A stretch of DNA of 61,520 nucleotides, the filler included. It is 6 parts of 6 records of this genome, joined end to end, with 100 filler letters (N's around TTAATTAATTAA, not from the genome) between each part and the next. Parts side by side here need not be neighbours in the genome. Positions count along the whole stretch, not along the records: positions 20,036 to 28,333 come from DRR723986_11081; positions 28,434 to 34,300 come from DRR723986_11117; 4 more parts are not named here. The stretch is one strand, 5' to 3'. Numbering within the stretch: position 1 is the stretch's first letter; each line of letters opens with the position of its first letter. Made by a program: the position numbers and the translations under genes. Below, piece by piece: positions 19,936 to 30,855 of this stretch. Under the pieces are notes generated by a model that was not told the origin of the DNA, did no database searches, and saw nothing but the letters and a program-made list of their open reading frames with translations.

Positions 19936-20035
19936 NNNNNNNNNNNNNNNNNNNNNNNNNNNNNNNNNNNNNNNNNNNNTTAATTAATTAANNNNNNNNN
20001 NNNNNNNNNNNNNNNNNNNNNNNNNNNNNNNNNNN
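19936..20035. other. Artificial contig spacer
   Basis: N-run with central TTAATTAATTAA; composition changes across it. Confidence 0.98.
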
Positions 20036-20860
<825 letters not shown>

Positions 20861-21040
20861 GTCGGCCGTGATACAGTTGCGGTGCAGCCGCAGCAAGCAC
20901 GGGTATGGGAAGGCGCCGCGCTTTTTCCCTTAGGGAATGGCGGGGAATCGGGTATTAATCACGAAACGTTACCAAAGCTGCAGGTAGCGTGGGGCGCAGA
21001 CGTGGGACCGTTTTCGCCCGTCATACTGGGGGATATTGAC

Positions 21041-21667
21041 ATGTTTCGGGTGATGTTCATCACATTCGGAGTGCTTGGCTGGTCGTGGTACGAGCTTTCG
21101 GGCGGGTCCGAGTTTCAGGCGGGCGACAGGGGCGTGATGCTTCTGGCTGCCGTAGAGGACCAGCCATTGCGGCAGGAGGACATGCCGGAGGTGACGCGCA
21201 CCGCGGCGGCGGACCTCAGCTCCGTCGCTCCGGTGCAGGCCGCCTCGGTCCCGTTCCGGCAGCAACCTCCGGCGCCCGCCAAGGCGGTGATCGCCGCGAA
21301 GCCCGCTGTCCCCGCCGATCCGCAGAAATTCGCGGCGCTGCTGGAAGCGGCCCTGCCCAGCGAGCCCGAGGGCAATTTCGAGGGCGCTCCCGTGGCCGAG
21401 GTGACCCGAGTCGCCGCCGTCTCAGAGCCTGAACCGGCACGTCCCGCCGTCGCCGAGGAAGAGTCGTTCGACGTGCGTGTGGTGGTGGGCTCTCGGGTCA
21501 ACCTGCGCGACGGTCCGGCCACCAGCTACGGCGTCGTGACGCAACTGTTGCAGGGCGAATTCGTCGAGGTTCTGGACGAGACGGGCGACGGTTGGGTCCG
21601 GCTTCGCGCCGTCGATGGCGCCAACGAAGGCTGGATGTCCGCCGATTTTCTCGTCGCCTCGAACTGA
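21041..21667 (+). CDS. SH3 (SH3b) domain protein
   Basis: N-terminal TM; C-terminal VNLRDGPATSYGVVTQL...GWVRL...GWMSADFL. Confidence 0.88.
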   Translation: MFRVMFITFGVLGWSWYELSGGSEFQAGDRGVMLLAAVEDQPLRQEDMPEVTRTAAADLSSVAPVQAASVPFRQQPPAPAKAVIAAKPAVPADPQKFAALLEAALPSEPEGNFEGAPVAEVTRVAAVSEPEPARPAVAEEESFDVRVVVGSRVNLRDGPATSYGVVTQLLQGEFVEVLDETGDGWVRLRAVDGANEGWMSADFLVASN

Positions 21668-21674
21668 GGGTCGG

Positions 21675-22274
21675 TCAGATCAGGTAGATCGCCGTGCCGA
21701 TGGCGCCGCCGATGAAGACATAGCCGATCAGCGCGAACAGCCCGTCCCGCAGCAGCAGCGTCATCGCCATCAGCGATACCGCCGCGCCAAGGATGGAGGA
21801 CGAGAAGGGCACCAGCTCCAGCATCGGCATCGCCAGACCGCATAGCATGCACAGCAGGTACGTGATGCGGTCGAAGGGGGGCTTGACCAATACGCGCAGC
21901 CTCTCTCGCGAGTGCCGGTCCAGCCACCGCGCCGGTTTGCGCAGGGTCTTCACCGCAGAGCGCAGCCTGTCCGAGGGGATCTTGCGCCGTTGCAGCCAGC
22001 CCGGAAGCCACAGCGACTCGCGTCCGAAAAGCATCTGAGCCGAGACGAGCGCGATGCAGATGCCGCAGAAGCTGGAGAACAGCGGGATACCCGAAAGCGG
22101 CGTCACCACGGCAAGGGCGGGCGCCAGCAGCACCGGCACGAACGAGGCGTGTTCGATCTCGCTCAGGACATGGCCGAGGGTGGTCTCTTCCTCCTCGGCG
22201 GCGTCGTGGAGTTCGTCGATGACCTCCGCCATGGAATTGGGGCTGTCGTCGTCCTGTGCGTCCATCACGCTCAC
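21675..22274 (-). CDS. exoD: ExoD-family membrane protein
   Basis: TPLSGIP, QMLFGRESLWLPGWL, LELVPFSS, RDG; GTGA overlap with the upstream gene. Confidence 0.85.
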   Translation of the reverse strand: MSVMDAQDDDSPNSMAEVIDELHDAAEEEETTLGHVLSEIEHASFVPVLLAPALAVVTPLSGIPLFSSFCGICIALVSAQMLFGRESLWLPGWLQRRKIPSDRLRSAVKTLRKPARWLDRHSRERLRVLVKPPFDRITYLLCMLCGLAMPMLELVPFSSSILGAAVSLMAMTLLLRDGLFALIGYVFIGGAIGTAIYLI

Positions 22275-23341
22275 CGTCTTTCCTCGTCTTCGTCTGGCCG
22301 CGACGCAAACCATGCGGCCAAGGCCTCTATCTGGGCGTCGGTCAGGTCGCGCGCGGCGGCGCTCATCAGGTCCGAGCCGTGCAGGACTCCGTCGCGCCAC
22401 AGGGTGAGTTGCGCCGCGACGAAGGCACGGTTCTGACCGGCCAGCGACGGAAAGCCCGGCTGGCCGGGGCGGGGGTCCCGGCTGCGGTCGGGTCCGTGGC
22501 AGGCGACGCAGGCGGGCACGTCGCGGGTGCCGCGCGTGGCCAGTGCCTCTCCCTCGCTTTCGACCCCTGCATCCGGCGCTTCGGTGGCGCGGCGCGTCGG
22601 CTCTGCGGCAAGGAAGGCCGCAAGCTTCGCATCGAGTTCCGGCCCGTACAGGCTGACCGCCTGCTCCATCACGCCGCTGGGCCGCCCGGTGCCGCGATAG
22701 GCCTGCAGTTGCGCCAGCAGATACTCGGGTGTCTGGATGTCGAGACGGGGGACCATGCCACCCACCGGGCCGTGGCAGGTCTGGCAGTAGGCCTTCACCT
22801 GCTCCGGATCGGCGCTCTCGCGGCCCAGCGGCAGGCCGGGGTTCGGCAGTTCCGGCGCGGATCCGTCCTGAATCGTCATCAGGTAGGCGGCCACGGCCCA
22901 AGCCTCGTCGCCGCGATCCATCGCGGGCCAGCCGGGCATCCCCGTCATCTTGGCCCCGTTTTCGACGATCCATTGCATATGGTTGGGCTTCCAGTCCTGT
23001 ACCGCCTCCTCGATATGGGGCGGTTGCGGAGACATTGCGAGCGCGGTGGCGGGACGCCGCTCGCCCGGGGCGGCATGGCAGGCGGTGCAGGCCGTGGCGT
23101 AGTGACCGGCCCCCAGCGCGATCAGGTCGGGGTCCGACAGATCCGGCGCCTCGTCCATCGACGGCGCCCGCAGCTTGATCGACTGGCGGAAGGCGGTGTG
23201 CAGCAGCGGCCCGACCCCGGGCCAATGGCCGGCCTGCGCCGAGATGTTGTAGAGGCCAAGCCCCACGGTGACGACGCCCCCCACGGCGCCCAGCACGGCG
23301 ACGGCGGCGAGGGTCAGGGTGGCGGTGCGGACGTCGATCAT
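22271..23341 (-). CDS. Triheme c-type cytochrome (c4-like C-terminal part)
   Basis: CTACH, CQTCH, CVACH; GAKMTGMPGW; FPSLAGQ. Confidence 0.9.
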   Translation of the reverse strand: MIDVRTATLTLAAVAVLGAVGGVVTVGLGLYNISAQAGHWPGVGPLLHTAFRQSIKLRAPSMDEAPDLSDPDLIALGAGHYATACTACHAAPGERRPATALAMSPQPPHIEEAVQDWKPNHMQWIVENGAKMTGMPGWPAMDRGDEAWAVAAYLMTIQDGSAPELPNPGLPLGRESADPEQVKAYCQTCHGPVGGMVPRLDIQTPEYLLAQLQAYRGTGRPSGVMEQAVSLYGPELDAKLAAFLAAEPTRRATEAPDAGVESEGEALATRGTRDVPACVACHGPDRSRDPRPGQPGFPSLAGQNRAFVAAQLTLWRDGVLHGSDLMSAAARDLTDAQIEALAAWFASRPDEDEERR

Positions 23342-23913
23342 GCCGGTGCCTCCCGGTTCAGGGCCTTTGCGCTCAGCCAAAGACCGGCGGCAAGGTAGAT
23401 CGGCGTGCCGATGCCCAGCATCAGCATCCCGCCCATCTGTTGCGCGGTCACGTTCGGAGCGGTGCCGCAGAGCGCGGCATAGAGGTCGCGCGGCGCGAGG
23501 ATCAGCAGCGCGCCAAGCAGTGTCATGTGCATGGAGGTCAAGAGCATCCCGCCCGCACCGGCCAGCGGCTGCGCGGCGCGCAGGCACCCGGCCCAGACGA
23601 ACAGCCCGACCGCCAGAAAGCTTGCCTGTTCGGCCATGAAGACGGGCAGCGACAGCCGTCCCAGCGCATGCGCCATGGGCAGGTGCCACGCCCAGACCAC
23701 CACGAACTCCAGCACCGCCGCCAGAAGCGGGGCCATGGCCAGCGCCTCGGCCCAGCGGTCGGGCAGGCCCGCGACGATCAGCGGTGCGGCCACGGCGACC
23801 AGCCCCATGTGGCGCAGCATATGGACTGGGAAGGCGGGCCAGAGCGCTTCCAGCGGGGCCAGCCAGAGCACCGCCAGCAGGGTCAGGCCCGCGGACAGGG
23901 ACAGCGCCTTCAT
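23338..23913 (-). CDS. Caa3-type CtaG oxidase assembly protein
   Basis: HMLRHMGLVAVAAPL, WAWHLP, HMTLLGALL, QQMGGMLM. Confidence 0.88.
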   Translation of the reverse strand: MKALSLSAGLTLLAVLWLAPLEALWPAFPVHMLRHMGLVAVAAPLIVAGLPDRWAEALAMAPLLAAVLEFVVVWAWHLPMAHALGRLSLPVFMAEQASFLAVGLFVWAGCLRAAQPLAGAGGMLLTSMHMTLLGALLILAPRDLYAALCGTAPNVTAQQMGGMLMLGIGTPIYLAAGLWLSAKALNREAPA

Positions 23914-24386
23914 TGGCAGCCCCCGATCAGCACCAGCGGCAGGGTCACGAAGACCACCCCGATGAAGGAGATGATCGACAGCAGAAAGGCTGCATGCCCA
24001 AGGAACTGGTGGCGCGGTTCCGGCACGCCGACCTCTTTCGGCGTCTCGGCGAGGTTCTCGGGTCCCCATTGCCGGAAGCTGCGCCAGCCCAGCCAGACGA
24101 TCGCGGCCAGCGCCGCCACGGACAGTGCCAGCAGCACCGCGCGCGAGGGTCCGAAGGCCAGCACCCCCTTGGCGCAGGCCACCGAGATCACCCCGTAGCA
24201 GGCGACGAAATGCAGCGCCCAGACGGCGGGCGCGAAAGTGATGCGGATCAGGCTCTCGCGCTCTTCGGCGAACTCCTTGCGGTCCGCGTCCGGGCGCGGG
24301 GTCTTGTCGTTGTCCGCATCCCCCTTGGTGCGGCCCTCTCCGCGCTCTCCGCCGTCGGGGCGGGTGTCCTGCCGGGTGTCGGTCAT
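23910..24386 (-). CDS. Oxidase-associated 3-TM hypothetical protein
   Basis: APAVWALHFVACYG...AC; ATGA overlaps on both sides. Confidence 0.8.
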   Translation of the reverse strand: MTDTRQDTRPDGGERGEGRTKGDADNDKTPRPDADRKEFAEERESLIRITFAPAVWALHFVACYGVISVACAKGVLAFGPSRAVLLALSVAALAAIVWLGWRSFRQWGPENLAETPKEVGVPEPRHQFLGHAAFLLSIISFIGVVFVTLPLVLIGGCQ

Positions 24387-26944
24387 GCCAGCGCCCTCGG
24401 GGCGAGGCCGATGACCGCGCAGGCCACCAGCGCCGAGATCACGAGGAAGTGCCAGAACAGCGTGACGTTGTGGATGTCGGCGTCGTAGCGGGGCGTCATC
24501 TTGCCCGCCAGACTGCCCGCGAGGCAGTACAGCTGCATGACGATGCCCAGCCCCGCGTGCACGGTGATCCAGATCACGATGGCGCAGACCGTGGCGGGGT
24601 AGACGTGGGTCGACGGCTCCAGCGGCAGGACGGAGAAGACCATCGCCGCCATGGCCGCAGCCGTCAGCACCGGCGCCGCGGCCAGCGCGATCCGCGCCGA
24701 GGATACCGAGCCCTGCGCGTTCCATCCCCGCGCCAGCCGCGTCAGCGCCCAGGAGCCGGCGAAGCCTGCCGCCGCAAGGGCCACCAGCCAGCCGGTCGCA
24801 TGGGTGGCGCCTTCGGGCGGGAAGTCCGGCTGTGCGGTCCAGTAGAAGAAAAACCCGAAGATGATCGAGGCGAAGGCCGTGGCATCCCCCAGCATGGTGA
24901 TCCACATGGCCCACCAGCCCACGCTGTCGGGGCCAGAGGCATAGGTCGGCAGCGTCAGCCCCAGCCCGGCATCCTTCGCCGGCACCGTTGGTGGCCGCGC
25001 CGTGTCGCGCCAGAGCCAGTAGATGATCGTCATGGCGGCGAGGATGCCGCAGACCACGGCGGGCCAATAGATGTGAAAGGTCGGGAAGATGAAGCAGGCG
25101 CCGGTAAAGCCCGCGGCGACATGGGTGATCCATGTCGGTCCCGTCACCTTCTGGATCTGCATGGGCCGGGCGTCGATGACCGAGGTGATGAGGGTCTCGC
25201 GGGTTTCCTCGCTGGCATCGGGCAGGTAGTAGCGGCCGGCGTCCATGCGCTCCAGCATCTTGGGCTGGTCCCAGAGCGGATAGCGCGAGGTGATGTGCGG
25301 GATCGACCGCACGCCCCATGCCTCTTCGGGGATGTCGTGCGTCCATTCCAGCGTGCCGCCGCCCCACGGGTTGCGCTCTATCTGCGGCTGGTCGCCCTTG
25401 GGCCGGATCATGTCCCAGACGAAGACCGCGAAGCCCGCCGCGATGACGAAGGCCCCCACGGTCGAGATCATGTTGAGCGTGTCCCAGCCCAGCCCGGTCG
25501 GGTAGGTGTAGACGCGGCGCGGCATCCCCAGAAGGCCGGTCAGGTGCATCGGCAGGAAGCACAGGTTGAAGCCCGAGAAGATCAGCCAGAAGGCCCAGCG
25601 GCCCAGCCTCTCGGACAGCATCTTCTTCCGGAAGAAGGGGAAGAAATAGTAGACCCCTGCGATCACCGGGAAGATCAGCCCGCCGAACAGCGTGTAATGC
25701 AGGTGGGCGACGATGAAGTAGGTGTCATGGACCTGAAAGTCGAAGGGCGCGATGGCCAGCATGACGCCGGTCAGCCCGCCGATGATGAAGACCGTCAGCG
25801 CCCCCGCGATCCACAGCATCGGCAGGCTGCGCTTTACCTTGCCGACCATGAGCGTCGCGAGAAAGGCGAAGATCTGGATGCCGGTGGGGATCACCACCGC
25901 CTCCGACGCCGCCGAGAAGAAGCCAAGGCTGATCGACGGCAGCCCGGTGGTGAACATGTGGTGGACCCAGAGGCCGAAGCTGATGAAGCCGGTGCCGACG
26001 GCGGAGAGCACGACCCACGAGTAACCCACCATGGCGTGCCGCGCGACGGTCGGGATGACCATGGCGGCGATGGCGATCGACGGCAGGAAGATGATGTAGA
26101 CTTCCGGATGGCCGAAGATCCAGAACAGGTGCTGCCAGAGCATCGGGTCGCCGCCGCGCTCGTGATCGAAGAAGGGCCAGTCCATCGAGCGTTCCAGCTC
26201 GAACAGGAAGTCGCCCGCGATCAGCGGCGGGAAGGCGAACAGGATCATGCCGCCCACCACGACGACATACCACGCGTAAAGCGGCATCAGGTTGACGCGC
26301 ATCCCCGGCGGGCGGCATTTGAGCGCGCCGACGATCAGTTCGACGGCCGCCGCGATGCTGGCGACCTCGATGAAGGAAAGCCCTAGAAGCCAGATGTCGC
26401 TGCCCGGCCCCTCGGCCTTGGTGGCCAGCGGCGGATACATGAACCAGCCGGAATCGGGCGCCACGTCGAAGAAGATCGACCCGATGACGAAGATCCCGCC
26501 GATCAGGAAGCACCAGTAGCCGAAGGCAGAAAGGCGCGGGAACGGCATGTCGCGCGCGCCCAGAAGGGCGGGCAGGATCAGGATAGAGATCGCCTCGAAC
26601 ATCGGCACGGCGAAAAGGAACATCATCGCCGAGCCGTGCATGGTGAACAGCTGGTTGAAGCGGTCGGCGCTGACCAGATCGTTCTCGGGCACCGCCAGTT
26701 GCAGGCGAATGATAAGCCCCATGACGCCCGCCATCAGCATGAACACCAGCGCGGTCAGCGAGTACCAGACACCGACCTCGGAGTTGTTGACGGCGGTGAG
26801 GTAGCGGATGCCGGTGGGCGTCTTCCACGCGCGGCGCAGGCGCTCCCGGCTGGCGCGGTCGAACTCCGGGTCGACCGGCTGCGAAAGCATGTCCTCCGTC
26901 GGGGGGTAGGGGCCTTCGGGCGCGGGCTGGTCGTAGGTGCTCAT
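24383..26944 (-). CDS. ctaD: Cytochrome c oxidase subunit I fused to subunit-III-like domain
   Basis: WIFGHPEVY, LWVHHMF, IVAHLHY; C-terminal extension ending TLFWHF; 853 aa. Confidence 0.93.
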   Translation of the reverse strand: MSTYDQPAPEGPYPPTEDMLSQPVDPEFDRASRERLRRAWKTPTGIRYLTAVNNSEVGVWYSLTALVFMLMAGVMGLIIRLQLAVPENDLVSADRFNQLFTMHGSAMMFLFAVPMFEAISILILPALLGARDMPFPRLSAFGYWCFLIGGIFVIGSIFFDVAPDSGWFMYPPLATKAEGPGSDIWLLGLSFIEVASIAAAVELIVGALKCRPPGMRVNLMPLYAWYVVVVGGMILFAFPPLIAGDFLFELERSMDWPFFDHERGGDPMLWQHLFWIFGHPEVYIIFLPSIAIAAMVIPTVARHAMVGYSWVVLSAVGTGFISFGLWVHHMFTTGLPSISLGFFSAASEAVVIPTGIQIFAFLATLMVGKVKRSLPMLWIAGALTVFIIGGLTGVMLAIAPFDFQVHDTYFIVAHLHYTLFGGLIFPVIAGVYYFFPFFRKKMLSERLGRWAFWLIFSGFNLCFLPMHLTGLLGMPRRVYTYPTGLGWDTLNMISTVGAFVIAAGFAVFVWDMIRPKGDQPQIERNPWGGGTLEWTHDIPEEAWGVRSIPHITSRYPLWDQPKMLERMDAGRYYLPDASEETRETLITSVIDARPMQIQKVTGPTWITHVAAGFTGACFIFPTFHIYWPAVVCGILAAMTIIYWLWRDTARPPTVPAKDAGLGLTLPTYASGPDSVGWWAMWITMLGDATAFASIIFGFFFYWTAQPDFPPEGATHATGWLVALAAAGFAGSWALTRLARGWNAQGSVSSARIALAAAPVLTAAAMAAMVFSVLPLEPSTHVYPATVCAIVIWITVHAGLGIVMQLYCLAGSLAGKMTPRYDADIHNVTLFWHFLVISALVACAVIGLAPRALA

Positions 26945-27957
26945 TCCAGTCCTTTCAGGTAGAGCGCCAGCGCGCGGCGGTCGGCCTCGGGCAGGTGGTC
27001 GTAGGTCGGCATCTCGACACCGGGCTTCAACTCTCCGGTGTGGGCCAGCCAGCGTTCCATGTCGTCGAGCGTATTGCCCAGCCGCCCGGCGCCCAGCGTG
27101 TGACGGCTGCCGACATGGGTCAGGTCGGGACCGACGAGGCCGACGTGGTCGGTGCCTCGGATAGCGTGGCAGGCGCCGCAGCCTTCGCGGGCGAAGACGC
27201 GGGCGCCCTGTTCCGCCTCGGGGGTGGCGGGGGCCATCGCCTCGGCCTCTTCGGCGGCAAGCCACGCGTCGAATTCCGCCTCCGGCAGGACCACCGCCTC
27301 GAAGGCCATCCACGCATGGCTGATGCCGCAGAACTCGGCGCATTGCCCGCGGTAGACGCCCGGCTCCAGTGGCTTCAGGCTCATCCGTGTCTCGCGGCCC
27401 GGGAACATGTCCAGCTTGCCGCCCAGGGCCGGGATCCAGAGCGAGTGGATCACCTTGCCCGCCGTCAGCTCCAGCTCTGTCCGCAGGCCCGCCGGAAAGC
27501 GGATCTCATTGGCTGAAACGATCGGCGTGTCCGAACCCTCTCGGAAGTATTCCACCCGCCACCACCATTGCTCTCCGGTCACGCGGATGCGCAGGCCGTC
27601 GCCGGGTTGGCGCTGGTCGGGCAGGATCGACAGGCCCCAGATCAGCAACGCGCCGATGGTGAGCGTCGGCCAGACGATGCCGCCGCCGACGAGGATCAGC
27701 CGCGTGTAGCGCGCGGGCAGCGCGCCGACGTTCATGCGCGTCAGGTAGAGAAACAGCCCCAGCATGATGCAGAAGATCACCACCGCGCCGGTCAGCATGA
27801 CCCAGAACAGCAGGGAAAGAACGGCGGCGTCCTCTCCGGCAGGGGAAAGGGCCGACTGCCGCCCCTCGCATCCCGCCAGAAGCAACAGGGCCGCAAGTGG
27901 GCCGATCCGGCCGGCCCAAGATGATGCGCAAAAACGTGATGGAACCGCCGGGATCAT
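26941..27957 (-). CDS. coxB: Cytochrome c oxidase subunit II with cytochrome c domain (start uncertain)
   Basis: LLAGC lipobox, EQWWW, VIHSLW, CAEFCGISHAWM, CGACH. Confidence 0.92.
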   Translation of the reverse strand: MIPAVPSRFCASSWAGRIGPLAALLLLAGCEGRQSALSPAGEDAAVLSLLFWVMLTGAVVIFCIMLGLFLYLTRMNVGALPARYTRLILVGGGIVWPTLTIGALLIWGLSILPDQRQPGDGLRIRVTGEQWWWRVEYFREGSDTPIVSANEIRFPAGLRTELELTAGKVIHSLWIPALGGKLDMFPGRETRMSLKPLEPGVYRGQCAEFCGISHAWMAFEAVVLPEAEFDAWLAAEEAEAMAPATPEAEQGARVFAREGCGACHAIRGTDHVGLVGPDLTHVGSRHTLGAGRLGNTLDDMERWLAHTGELKPGVEMPTYDHLPEADRRALALYLKGLE

Positions 27958-28078
27958 GATGGCGCAATGCGCCGAAGGTCCGTTGGTTCCCGTCCGAGAG
28001 GAAGAAATTTCTTCCCGGGCATCAGGACCTTCCGGCGGGGCGGGGGCTGCTCTATGGTTTGCCCGAGAGGAGGCACCG

Positions 28079-28333
28079 ATGATCCGAAACACCATCCGCC
28101 AGATATGGGAGGAGGGGCGCCCCGTCCTGCATGGCTGGCTGTCGATCGGCAACAGCTTTTCCGCCGAGGTCATGGCCGAACAGGGCTTCGATGCCATCAG
28201 CGTCGACCTTCAGCACGGGGCGCTCGACTATGCGGATGTCCTGCCGATGTTTCAGGCGATGCGCGCCACTGGCGTGGTGCTGGGCGCGCGGGTGCCGTGG
28301 CTCGATCCCGGGATCATCGCCAAGGTGCTGGAC
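28079..28333 (+). CDS. HpcH/HpaI aldolase family protein (partial)
   Basis: GWLSI...AEVMAEQGFDAISVDLQHG, ARVPW...KVLD. Confidence 0.88.
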
Positions 28334-28433
28334 NNNNNNNNNNNNNNNNNNNNNNNNNNNNNNNNNNNNNNNNNNNNTTAATTAATTAANNNNNNNNNNN
28401 NNNNNNNNNNNNNNNNNNNNNNNNNNNNNNNNN
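28334..28433. other. Artificial contig spacer
   Basis: N-run with TTAATTAATTAA. Confidence 0.98.
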
Positions 28434-28538
28434 TGAGCGGAGCGATACCCACCATTGCGTGCCGGGAACGGCTACACAACGCGCGGAAATCCGGCGCCTC
28501 TATCCTCCCGGATAACCTCCCATGGCAGTTTCTGCGCC

Positions 28539-29040
28539 ATGACAGACCACACCGATTTCTTCTCCCAGGCCTGGTACACGCTCGCCCGCGCGATTGCGGA
28601 GGCGGCCGTGAATGTGGGCCTGTTCAAGACGCCTGAGACGATTTCGAAATCAGTGAACCGGCAGGTGCGGGCGGAACTGAAGCGGCTTGCCGTTCTGCTC
28701 CGCCGTCTGATCTTTCTGGAAGCATTGCAGATGGGTCTGACGCTTCTGAAGCCGCGCATGGGCAGTAATGATTACGAGCCCAAGAAGGAAGATGCAGAGT
28801 ATCGCTCCGTCTTCACCATGGTGCCTGCGCCATCGCGCCCTTGTCCCAATTTCCTGAAAGGGCCGGTGACGGTGCCCACTCGCCCGCACGATCCAGCGCT
28901 GGCAGGCCGCGGGCGAAGCAAAGCCGCACATGCCGCTCATCCCCAACACGCACCGCCTGCCGGCGGCCATCGCCCTCGTCTCGGGCGGGCTGACGGTGCA
29001 GCTGCTCGAAGCGCTGAAACGGTGGCCGGATTCAAGTTGA
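28539..29040 (+). pseudogene. Probable frameshifted hypothetical gene
   Basis: Protein-like frame to ~28880, then the GC3-rich coding signal continues in the +1 frame (LARTIQRWQ...LLEALKRWPDSS*). Confidence 0.55.
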
Positions 29041-29179
29041 GCTTTGCCCACAATCAGGAAACTTTACCGTAGCGCGGGGGCGTTTCCGGGCGAACGTGCT
29101 GGCGGGCGAGCCTTCCGATGGCCAAACACCCCGAACAGCTTTAAACAAATCCCATCCCTACCGGAACGACAGGATCCCC

Positions 29180-30112
29180 ATGCGGCCATGGATCGAGAAA
29201 CTGCCACTTCCAGACCCAATGAAGGTCTGGGCCGTCGAGCCGGTCTGGGGGGGCATCATGCGCCTGTCGAAACCGGAAGTCCGCATCGTCACCGGCGGCA
29301 TCAGCTTCTATGCGCTGTTCTCGATTTTCCCGATCGTCTACCTGACACTCAGCCTGTTGTTCGCTCTTCTGCCGCTGGACCTGTCGCAGCGCCTGGCCGG
29401 AACGGTGGACGAAGTGCTCGTGTCGGCGGTCGCGCCATTGTCGCGGGCGGATCTTGAAACCATCCGGCAGGTGACCCCGCAAGGCATTACCCTGCGCGCA
29501 TTGCTGGCCGTGATCATCGTTCTGTATACGGCAAGTTCCGGCGCCAAGGCGGCGATCACAGGTATCCGCATGGTGACGGGGTCTGAGCGGCGCACCCGCA
29601 TCATCCGGTTTCAGGGCGTGTCGATTCTGATGACGGCGCTCCTGATCCTCACGGTCTGGCTGCTCGGCGCGCTGCAGCTGATCCTGTCCTTCATCACGGA
29701 GAAGCAGGGCTTTATCGCCTATGATGTGGCGCTGCAGGTGAGCCACCTTGCCTCCCAGCTCTGGCTCGGCAAATGGATCGCCTGTTTCGCGATCTTCTAC
29801 ATGATCCTCGCCGTCGCCCTGCACGGACGCCTGAGGGGGAACCGGGCGAAAGCCGCTGGCGCAGCCGCCGGGGCGCTCACCTGGGTGATCGCGACCTGGG
29901 GCTTTCACCTCTATCTGAAATTCACCGCGCTGGACAATTTCTATGGCGCGCTGGCCTCGGTCATCCTTGGCTTCATCTGGCTGGCGACCTCTGTGTCCTC
30001 ACTCCTCTTCGGCGCGGCGCTGACGGCCGAATGGGCGTCCCGTCAGGCGGAGCCGGAATTGATCGAGGAAGAGGACGAGGACGACGACATCGTCCTCCGC
30101 GGGGAAGACTAG
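29180..30112 (+). CDS. YihY/virulence factor BrkB family membrane protein
   Basis: ISFYALFSIFP, FYGALASVILGFIWL...LLFGAAL. Confidence 0.9.
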   Translation: MRPWIEKLPLPDPMKVWAVEPVWGGIMRLSKPEVRIVTGGISFYALFSIFPIVYLTLSLLFALLPLDLSQRLAGTVDEVLVSAVAPLSRADLETIRQVTPQGITLRALLAVIIVLYTASSGAKAAITGIRMVTGSERRTRIIRFQGVSILMTALLILTVWLLGALQLILSFITEKQGFIAYDVALQVSHLASQLWLGKWIACFAIFYMILAVALHGRLRGNRAKAAGAAAGALTWVIATWGFHLYLKFTALDNFYGALASVILGFIWLATSVSSLLFGAALTAEWASRQAEPELIEEEDEDDDIVLRGED

Positions 30113-30855
30113 TCCGCCGTGTAAAGCGTGTGGATCGCATCGATTTGGCGCAGGGTACGCGCATCGGCGCTGCCGCTCACCCGGTCCGGCAGCCAGCGGC
30201 GCTGGAAGGCGCGGACAACCGCTTCGGTGAGGTCGTCATAAGTGCCGGTGGGGGAGAGGCCATAGCCGATGCGTTGGAGATGTTCCTGCATCCACCGCAC
30301 GTTGGCCGAGCTGTCACCGGGGGACAGGCCTTTGCCCGAAACGTCCGTCCCCTCAGTGTCCGGCCAGATGCCGATCCCGGCGCGGGCGAGCCGGTCCCAG
30401 GGGAAATGCTCGCCGGGGTCCTGCTTTCGTAGGGGCGCGATGTCCGAATGCCCGACGATCCGCGTCTGGGGAATGTCATGGGCGGCCAGGATCTGGTGGC
30501 AGAGCTCGATCAGCGCATCGATCTGGGCCGCGGCGTAAGGCGGCAGCGTGCCGTCCGCTTCCGGGAAATCATGCCCGCCATTGACGATCTCGATGCCGAT
30601 GGACCGGGAGTTCAGATCCTCGTCACCCTGCCAGCTGGAGACCCCGGCATGCCAGGCCCGGCGGTCTTCGGCCACCATCTGGTCCACCCGGCCATCCTCC
30701 CAGAGCAGGTAATGGGCAGAGACCTTTGCCTCCGGGTTGCGGAGCTGGTCGAAGGCGGCCTCGCCCGTCACCATGCCGGTATAGTGCAGCACCAGCATGT
30801 CGACGGCATGCTTGCGGTCGTCGAAGTTCGGGCTGCGTGAGAGAATGATCTCCAT
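30109..30855 (-). CDS. N-acetylmuramoyl-L-alanine amidase (Amidase_2 + PG-binding domain)
   Basis: LVLHYTGM, VSAHY, AWHAGVS, GHSDIAPLRKQDPGE, VRAFQRR. Confidence 0.94.
   Translation of the reverse strand: MEIILSRSPNFDDRKHAVDMLVLHYTGMVTGEAAFDQLRNPEAKVSAHYLLWEDGRVDQMVAEDRRAWHAGVSSWQGDEDLNSRSIGIEIVNGGHDFPEADGTLPPYAAAQIDALIELCHQILAAHDIPQTRIVGHSDIAPLRKQDPGEHFPWDRLARAGIGIWPDTEGTDVSGKGLSPGDSSANVRWMQEHLQRIGYGLSPTGTYDDLTEAVVRAFQRRWLPDRVSGSADARTLRQIDAIHTLYTAD

Noticed and set aside
22256-26828. Long alternative-frame and antisense ORFs (e.g. 24449-26386, 22256-23398; likewise 52098-53396)
   Set aside because: Shadow ORFs expected in high-GC coding DNA; they overlap well-supported genes and have no motifs
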